In this document: positions 54,945-64,000 of the stretch, one piece after another | How positions within the stretch are numbered: position 1 is the stretch's first letter | Layout: the number at the start of each line of letters is the position of its first letter | Assembly (NCBI RefSeq): GCF_001194135.2 | Contig: NC_068985.1 | Coordinates: 82,157,168-82,221,167, forward strand | From: Octopus bimaculoides | Lineage: Eukaryota | DNA length: 64,000 nucleotides | Direction: 5' to 3' | Position numbers and translations under genes: made by a program | The notes under the pieces: model-generated | What the model saw: only the letters and a program-made list of their open reading frames with translations | The model's database searches: none | Told to the model about the DNA's origin: nothing

Positions 54945-57114
54945 GCATGCTCATATGTGAACACACACACACACACATATGCACATACACTCACATTACA
55001 CATGTGTATGTGTGAGAGTGTTTATTATGCCATATGCACTATGAACATTTTATGAAATGCTTACACAATATATGACATGAGTGCAATAATGCAGCTGGTA
55101 GAAATATTAATTTTATTTCAAAATTTGAATTACATTTCAAACGGATATACAAAGGTACACATGCAGACAAAAGATATATAGATACATTCACAAACCTAAT
55201 CACACAAATCCACATACAGCTGTCTTCTACACACATACATATGCATAAATACATACACTGATACACACGTGTGCACAGAAGAGAAACAGGAGAAATATGA
55301 ACACTCATACATAGATATGCACTTAGATACATATACGCATATCCATAGAGTCAAACAGTAAAAAGGACATATTTATATATACATTCCAAATGCATACATG
55401 CAGAAAAGATAAAGTAAAATGTCACAAATCATATAAACAAATGCATATGTCTAAAATTCACAGATACACACAGACATGCACACTTATACATGCGCACACA
55501 CAGCATTAAAGTGGCTACAGTATAACAAAGACTAATTAAGTTCCACCCTAACTAATTAAGTACCACCCAAGAGTAGTATACAGGTTTAATAGTTGCCTAA
55601 ATTGGTTACTGCTTTGTATGTGTGTTGAGTTTAGTATGAAATGGCATGTTGTTCTCTTGCTATTCTTTACAGAGTGTAGTTTTGAACAGAATTTTGGATT
55701 CAATAACAAAACGGATCAGATTATTTAGCAGATGTCAGCTTGTGGCTACCTGTGTCTGATGATTATGAGAACTAAAGCAGTGTAGAATAATGTATTCTGC
55801 CCATAAAGGTAACAAAATACAAGTAGTAAATTCAAACTCTTGACTTAGGTGAAGATAGTCCAAAACCAGCTTAGCAAACTCAACTTTCATAAATAATCTA
55901 GGTAAGCAATAAGAATGTAACAGAATAGGGAGATTTGATATAGAAAAGTGGCACATCTTTGATGAATTTTCTGATCATCTGTTTGTGCATCAATACAACA
56001 ATAAAGTAAAGACTGTTTTCAGTCAGCTTGACCTTGTCTTCAGAAATCAAAATCTTAATCCTAAATTCTGAGAATGAAACTGTGAAAGACCAAAAAATAG
56101 CTATTTCTAGGATTGTTGCATTATGGAATAATCCTATATCTTTATTGCCATAGAGAAAAAATAAAAAAATAAAAAATAAAATAAATGTCTAAAAAAAGGA
56201 AAGAATGCAGCATTTCACCTGTCCTAATACTACTAGCATATTAAAACGGAAGAATTAAGTTCTTGGATCATATGAAAGAAAAAGAGAAATAGAGGGAGAG
56301 AGACATAAGGTGAGTAAAAATGAGTGAGTAAAAGAGAGGGAGTGCAGGTGGGACTGAAGGAAAGAAAGAAAGAGAGAGAGAGAGAGAAATCCAATAGTCA
56401 ACCTATTAATTTATTTTTAGCATACAACAAGGCATATTGAAGAGATGGCAAGTTTTAGACAGCAGGTTCAGTGGAAAACCAGTACATTTTTAAAAGATGA
56501 AAGGAAACTTAAGATAGGCGAAGCTTGTTAAGCAAGGCTGAGAAATATGAACACACACACACACACACACACATGTAAAACAGACACAAGGAGAAAAAAG
56601 GGGTTAACAAAATGGAGATGCCCTAGCTTAATAAAAGATGTTTTATAATAATAGATAAATGAAAGTAAAATTTCAAGGTCCAATTTTAAGAAATGTAAAA
56701 ATAGCCAAAAGTGTGTGTATAGTTACTAGAGTTACAGAACTCATACCTCAAGGTATCATAAAGACAAGAAACTCTTTTCACATGAGTTTGTAAAGTTATT
56801 ACATGCATGCACATGTATACATCATGGACATGCTAAAAATAGCAACCAATTCTTCCTTAAATCAAACCTCAGTGTTATATATAATGATAAGACATACACG
56901 ATAAAATGTAGTTTTGAATGAGGCATGACTGGAAAGCCTTTAATTATAAGTTTTGCTTAATCAGGGTTAACTAAGGACTCAACAACAATTGGTATATAAC
57001 ATATGTACATGAAGCCCATTTGAATATTCATGATGAAGCACACATTTTCAATGAAAAAATATGAACAAATAAAGGATATATGTAAATATGTGTTTGCACA
57101 TATAGATATGCCTA

Positions 57115-57487
57115 CAGGCATGACTGTGTGGTAGGAAGCTTGCTTCCCAACCACATGGTTCCAGGCTCAGTCCCCCTCCATGGGACCTTGGGTAAGTGTC
57201 TTCCAAGGGTTTGTGAATGGGTTTGATAGAGAGAAATTGAAAGAAGCCCATCATATCTGTGTGTGTGTGTGTGTGTTTGTGTCTGTGTTTGTACCTCCCC
57301 ACTGTTTGACAACTGGTGTTGGTGTATTTGCATCCCCATAACTTAGCAGTTTGACAAAAGTCACTGATAGAATAAGTACTATACTTAAAAAAAAAATAAG
57401 TTCTAGAGTTCGATTTGTTCGACTAAAATTCTTCAAGGCAGTGCCCCAACATGGCCAAAGTCTGATGACTGGAACAAGTAAAAGACA
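57115..57487 (+). mobile_element. Full-length family-B SINE
   Basis: Head CAGGCATGACTGTGTGGTAGG, internal (TG)n, tail GATGACTGGAACAAGTAAAAG; collinear with the 16.2-kb copy. Confidence 0.8.
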
Positions 57488-58559
57488 AATGATAGATGTA
57501 TTTGAGAATATATTGAACAAGATTAGCCACAGTGTAAACAAAACAGAGTCTAAAAACTGCATTATTTGTCTATGTTGTTCAAATACATGTACCATTGGCT
57601 ACTCTGGGTTATTCCTCTTAGCTCATTTTTGTTTATTTTACATAAATATATATATACATACACACACGCACATTATGTAGCTACACGTATATACTTATAT
57701 ATGTATGTACACACACTTGTGCACACAGATGAGGCTTAAAATATATTATTACAATGTTTTATTAATAACGTCTGTTCATAAAAGATGTTTAAATATTCAA
57801 TTAAATTTATAATACTATTTTCTGATACTAATCTGGGTGCAGTGTTATATTTTATAATGCCACATCAATATGACAAGCTAAAAATTGAAATAGTAGTACA
57901 AGCAATGTTCCAAGGCAAACAGTGTACTATGGCATTCACACACATGCATGTACATATAAGCATTCACATCATCATCATCACTCATGTACACATAAACACT
58001 CACATCATCATCATCATTTAACATCCATCACATGTATTGTATATTTTAAAAAATATGTAAAAAATATCCAAAATTCTAAATATAAATTCTTGATAATTAT
58101 GCTTCATCTATTGAATATAGAAGATAGCACTTGATATTTTCTATACTTTTAATTATTATATTTATAAGCTCCTCTCAAGATTACTTTCTGCTTAATGGGA
58201 AGATTATTTTAAAACCTAAGCAATTTTCATGTGACCATCAATGTTAACTTTTAATCAAACATTCCAGAAAGAATTGTAATTCACACTATATAAAAAACAA
58301 GCTTCAAAAGCTGAAGCTAATTTGAGAAGTGTCAAGCATGAAACTCTCAACCCCTGTAAGTTTTTTGCCAGTTAAAAATAATAAAAAAGTAGGCTATAAT
58401 TTCTCAATACATTTTAGTTTACACACAATGTGTAACAAAATATTTTTATATAAGCTACAAGTAAGAAATTTGAAAACAACCAGTTTAAGGTTGTTGACAA
58501 ATTTTAAATGACATTAATCTGACTAAAGGCAACATAATGAAAGTATTCAGAAAAGATTT

Positions 58560-58780
58560 CTATCACAATCATTAGTGCTAAATCCTAAATCTTTCTTTTT
58601 CCATATTGCAAAAGATCCAGGACTTTTGTAGCATTATACTGGTGAGAGATATATCACCTGCTGAGTAGAACAATCTTTCTTTGCTGGAAGAAATGAGCTC
58701 AGAACTACAAGCCAATGAACCACGTCTCAATCTGGGGGAAGGAAGCATACAGGAAGGGCCTACAGAATACATTGTAATTT
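58560..58780 (-). mobile_element. Highly decayed CR1/L2-like LINE 3' remnant
   Basis: Minus-strand CSSEL motif in a more GC-rich patch; weak support. Confidence 0.3.
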
Positions 58781-59781
58781 GAAATGATAAAATGTTCAGT
58801 GGTATCAAATTATGTCCCTTTGCGTTCTATTAACAAACTATCTTTGCAGAGCCAACCTTGCCTTTTATATGCATAGAAGAATTTCAGTTATATAAGTGCC
58901 AGTCATGTACAAAAGGGTCAAGTCAGTTAAATTAACTATACTCCTTACTGTCAAATCTTTTAACTGTTTGTTGTCCCCTCTACATAGACACTTCACAAAA
59001 AAAAAAAAAAAAAATCTAGTGAGACTTTAGCTGGCCATTTAATTTCCTAGAAATACTAACCAAATCTCTCTTAGATCGAACCCTATTATCTTAAAATACA
59101 AAAAAACAGAAAGGACAGATTGGATATTGTAGTTCTGGATACACTATTCTTGAAATTCAAACAAGCTGATCAAGGTCAGATAGCTTTTGACCATGCATCT
59201 GCTCAGTCAGAAATAACTTGAAGGTAAACCGGAACAACAGTATAAACTTATGTTTACCAATCTACATGTAGTGACTAGTTACTGAAATTTCTTGGCATGA
59301 TACCTACTTTCAACTTATCCTTCTATCTATACTAGATATAATTCATCTGGTTAGGGTTACTCAACCTGAATTAGTTAAGCATTGACTTATACAGTTATTA
59401 CTCTCACTCTTACTATATTCATCACTATGTGTATATACACAAAGATACCAGTACAAATATGCATATACCTGAGAACAAATGGGGTTAAACTTTGCATTTT
59501 AATAGATTTCTTTTATCTTCATGTTCACATGTCAATGTTTTGAACATATATACAATGCAACAGTCTCAAACACACATACACGTATACACACATACAATGT
59601 GTAATTTCATTTAAAATCTGGAGTTCACAGAAAATAGATAAAATAAGCAAGCAGCTAAAATTATATGAATTCCAAAATCAAGTTAAGTAATAGCATATGA
59701 TCAGACAAAGAAAATTCTGGCTTTGTATCACAACTACTACCACCACTATCACATTGCTAATAATAACAACAACAACAAAAA

Positions 59782-59828
<47 letters not shown>

Positions 59829-60212
59829 CAGTAGAAGATATGTAGGATATTAATCAATATTGTTTAATGCTCTTTGTTCCTATTTAAGTAGATGGAATGG
59901 TTTAAACCAATGCTATAATAAATATATAAAGATCTAGCATTGACCGACACCATTGAAGAGCCACTGGAGCATTGCAAATGATACTGAGAGATCAATGGAA
60001 GTAGGTATATAAATAATTTGCTTGAAATCAATAGCAGTAGTGTTTCTTGTTCTTCTTGCTCTCATGTTTATTTTCTAAGTACCTTGATTAAGTTAAAATT
60101 GCAACACCTTCACAGGAAGTAATTTTAACAATGAAGAGAAAAACAAAATCTGTTGTGATTTTTAGATATGAAAAAATATACGCAAAAACAAAAACAATCC
60201 TGCTCCCCACCA

Positions 60213-60245
<33 letters not shown>

Positions 60246-60672
60246 NNNNNNNNNNNNNNNNNNNNNNNNNNNNNNNNNNNNNNNNNNNNNNNNNNNNNNN
60301 NNNNNNNNNNNNNNNNNNNNNNNNNNNNNNNNNNNNNNNNNNNNNNNNNNNNNNNNNNNNNNNNNNNNNNNNNNNNNNNNNNNNNNNNNNNNNNNNNNNN
60401 NNNNNNNNNNNNNNNNNNNNNNNNNNNNNNNNNNNNNNNNNNNNNNNNNNNNNNNNNNNNNNNNNNNNNNNNNNNNNNNNNNNNNNNNNNNNNNNNNNNN
60501 NNNNNNNNNNNNNNNNNNNNNNNNNNNNNATATATATACATATATATACATATATTTACATGCATGCATACATATATATATATATATATATATATTTATA
60601 AACAGACTCGCATATTCACACATACATACACACACATATATATACACACACATGAATACATTATATATAGCA

Positions 60673-60704
<32 letters not shown>

Positions 60705-61441
60705 GTCATTGGTACAGCCAAAATTTATTTTAGGCATGAAGTGAGATGAGTTCACTAATGGATTGCTATATTCTAACTTTGCCATTTTACATATACATAT
60801 ATTTTATGTATTATCCAATATGTCTTTTTTAAAGTCACTTAATATGGGACGTGTTTTGAAGGAATTGTGGCTGTTATTTCTAGTAAGTTTAGCAACTTCA
60901 TCATTGGCTTGTGTCTTTCATGCTTTTATTTGTGTATAAGGAGGTGGAATGGCAGAAGTGATAGTCTGGTTAGACTCCCCTTTACTATTTGATTTAAAAT
61001 CCTGCAAGTATATCTATTTTACTTATCCTCTCAAACACAACAGAATAAGAGTCAAACATGTCCTGGTAGCTTCAGATTAACTTAACTCTGCTCCTCCACT
61101 ACAAATCTGTGAACTCCTGTCAAATATAAAAAATCAGTAGTAGTAGTAGTAGTAGTAGTAAGAGGAGGAGGAGAAGGTGCAGCAGCAATGAGTTTTCCAT
61201 ATTGGAATACCAATAATACCTATGAAATTGAAACAATAAAAAATTGATATAGACCATTAGAGGCCTTTTGCTACTTCTAGTATGTGTGTTTCAGATGGAT
61301 TCAACCATCAGTAACAAGATTTTCAGTAAGGATAGTTACATGTAGTAGGTGTGTCATAAAGTTACCAGAAGCTATTGATTGGCAAGACTTAACTCTTTAA
61401 TTAATCCAGGATTAACTGTTTGAAGAATTATATGATGTAAA

Positions 61442-61490
61442 ACATCTTGGGTCCCATCGTCTGGACACCAGACGATGGGTCCCAAAATGT
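61442..61490. repeat. GC-rich hairpin, 23-bp arms (21 paired), 3-nt loop
   Basis: ACATCTTGGGTCCCATCGTCTGG-ACA-CCAGACGATGGGTCCCAAAATGT. Confidence 0.85.
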
Positions 61491-63282
61491 GTGAGTGTGT
61501 ATGTGAATGTGTATGCAATGTATATGTATATATATATATATAAGTATATATATGTATACATATAGTATGTGTGTATATATATGTATATACATACATTTAT
61601 ACACATAAAGATAAACACAGACACTCACGTGTATCTATTTCTGCTGATACAATTGGTTTTTATTCTGGATTCTTCTCAACATCCAGTTATTTCATCAGAT
61701 ACAGTTTAATCCACACAATGAATGAATTGGTTGTTGGAGAAACTCTAAAGTAATATTCAATCTTATTAGCTGGAATGCACACACACATATATTGTATATA
61801 TTATTATTTTTACTAAGTCTCTGATGGTCATATAATCTATGAATCTAAGAAAGCATGTGGTTTGGTCAGATCTGAGACATTGGAATTTAAATAGAAAATG
61901 ACAATAAAATAATACAAGTGGTAGAATGCTGTGTTACACACCTACTAAATCCATTGATGCTACAAAATCAAAAACAATGAGAGTGATATGATGGTGACAA
62001 TCAGTTAATGATGACAATAATGACAAAATGATGACTGTATTGACAATAATGTCCACTTTATGATGATGTTAATGAGAATAACAACTATAATGATGAAGAT
62101 AGTGATAGTTGATAACAATAATGATCATTACTTATCAAACACAGTAATTCAATGAGATATACTTTTACTTTAGCAGAAGCAGAATAAAAATCTTATTCAT
62201 TATTTCCTACCTGAAGCTTTGTTTTATATTCTGTTCTACTGTCATTTTATTTTGTTCATGTTGATATTTTACTTTTAAATATTTTTCATACCCATTCAGT
62301 TCTAAGAGTTAAATAATAGCGGAATGAACTTGAGTAACAATCAAAAACTATCATTATGATAATAAAGTATTTGAGCAACATTGATTTCTAACATTGGTAC
62401 AAGAACATAAATTTGTGGAAATTATACCGATACTTTACTGGTACTTTTGTTTATCAAACCCAAGATAGATGTAAAGCAAAGCCATTTACATAGACTTTTG
62501 AACTAAAATGTAAAAGAATTTAACTTAGATTCTGGAAAAAGCATTCAATCCAATATTATCCTATTTCTATTACTCATTACCCTAAATTTGCATAATATTC
62601 AATACTGCAAAGAAAATTGTAATTGACCAGTTTACTAACAAGAGGCTTTTCAGTCCATATTTGATCATCAATCTAGCATTATGTCCTGTTTCATTTGCCC
62701 GATGACCCATGTAAATAAGCATTGTTCAATGGTGCTCTTCACTGCAGTAAAAAGCAGGGGTATTGTATAATTGATATATGTTAAATTAGTTTACAGCTCT
62801 TTCTTCAAACTTTGTCATGGGACTGAAGAAAGCAATTGAAACCTACATTTTCTGACTATTCTCCTAAACTCAAAATTCAACATATTTAATTGTAAGTAGA
62901 TAGCATATAAAAATGCTGTTTATTAAAGTAAACAGTAAGAGAGTATCTTGGCTTGCATTGTAGACCATATGGTCAAACAATATAATAAACTGATATAAAT
63001 TGTAATATCTCTAAAATTGCAAAGATCTTCTTAACACAAAGGATTAATTTTTAATTCATAAATATTAAAAGCTTGTTCTATAATTCTAAGCAGACAAAAA
63101 GAAATAATACAAATCATAGTATGCTGTGTTGTACACACATCAAATCCATTTATGGTGGTATGATACATATTTCTCTAAGTACCTTTTATCTCCGAATAAG
63201 ATGCTAGTGTATGTAGATAATTCTCAAAGAATCCTAGCACGCATATTTTTAGAAATAGGCGAACTCTGGGTATGGAATTGTG

Positions 63283-63600
63283 AAGGTACATGGCTTAGTA
63301 GTTAAGATATTTGGCTCATGACTGTAAGGTTGTGATTTTGATTCTTTTCAGCATATCTTGGCCATTTAGGAAAGACACTTTATTTCACATTGTTCCAGTC
63401 CACTGGAAAATGAGTTGCACAAGTAATTCAAAGAGCCAGTCTTATCATGTTCTGTGTCACATTGAATCTCCCTGAGAACTATGTAAAAAGTATGGCCCGA
63501 CTGTAAAGTGCTCAGCTACTTACACATAAATTTGATGAGCAGGCTGTTCTGGTGATTGGATCAACTAGAGCACTTGTCGTTGTAATTGATGGAGTGCCAC
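63283..63600 (+). mobile_element. Third tRNA-like SINE family (decayed)
   Basis: A-box-like TGGCTTAGTAGTTAAG head and a SINE-sized body; family assignment from recall only. Confidence 0.45.
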
Positions 63601-63789
63601 TAACAAAGTGCATGGAATAAGGGACAGTAATAGTACCAAAATACAAAACAAAACTCCTAAAATAAACCAGAACTCAATACATAATTTGATAGTTCAATAC
63701 CATATCTACTTCATCATTTCTTTCACACTTCAAAAGAAGTTACTTATACTCCTGAAGTTTCCCTCATCTAAGTAAAATGTTAATTAACT

Positions 63790-63963
63790 TCAACCCTGCC
63801 ATAAATTGCATTTAGTCGAACAAATCGATCCCAGAACTTATTCTTTGTAAGCCTAGTGCTTATTCTATCGGTCTCTCTTGCTGGACTGCTAAGTGATGGG
63901 GACGTAAACACATCAGTATCGGTTGTCAAGCGATGTTGGGGGGACAAACACAGACACACAAAC

Positions 63964-63975
<12 letters not shown>
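63790..63975 (-). mobile_element. Family-B SINE, 3' half (runs toward window end)
   Basis: Reverse complement of ACATCGCTTGACAACCGATACTGATGTG...GACCGATAGAATAAG...GATCGATTTGTTCGACTAAA. Confidence 0.75.

Positions 63976-64000
<25 letters not shown>

Overview
AT-rich, microsatellite-dense eukaryotic genomic DNA with 11 short N-gaps (about 3.2 kb in total). It is most likely octopus; this is inferred from the SINE/LINE families, the simple-repeat load and the gap pattern, not proven. Only one convincing host coding segment is present: a 1,482-bp phase-1/phase-1 internal exon on the minus strand (50301-51782). It encodes a Pro-rich repetitive region and two C2H2 zinc fingers, and its neighbouring exons were not found in the window. 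The rest looks intronic or intergenic. It holds a complete but dead Tc1-like transposon with DD36E spacing (26291-27557), a 5'-truncated R4/Dong-type LINE end in a (TAA)n tract, an internally deleted RTE LINE, many SINEs (one nested in another), MITEs, and Penelope-like fragments with hammerhead-ribozyme core motifs. The most striking unexplained pattern is a series of near-perfect fold-back inverted duplications (about 10.0, 18.3, 32.8, 43.8 and 61.4 kb). The 18.3-kb one is flanked by a 13-bp target-site duplication. Almost all ORFs in the supplied track are microsatellite or gap artefacts. No tRNA/rRNA genes or CRISPR arrays are supported.
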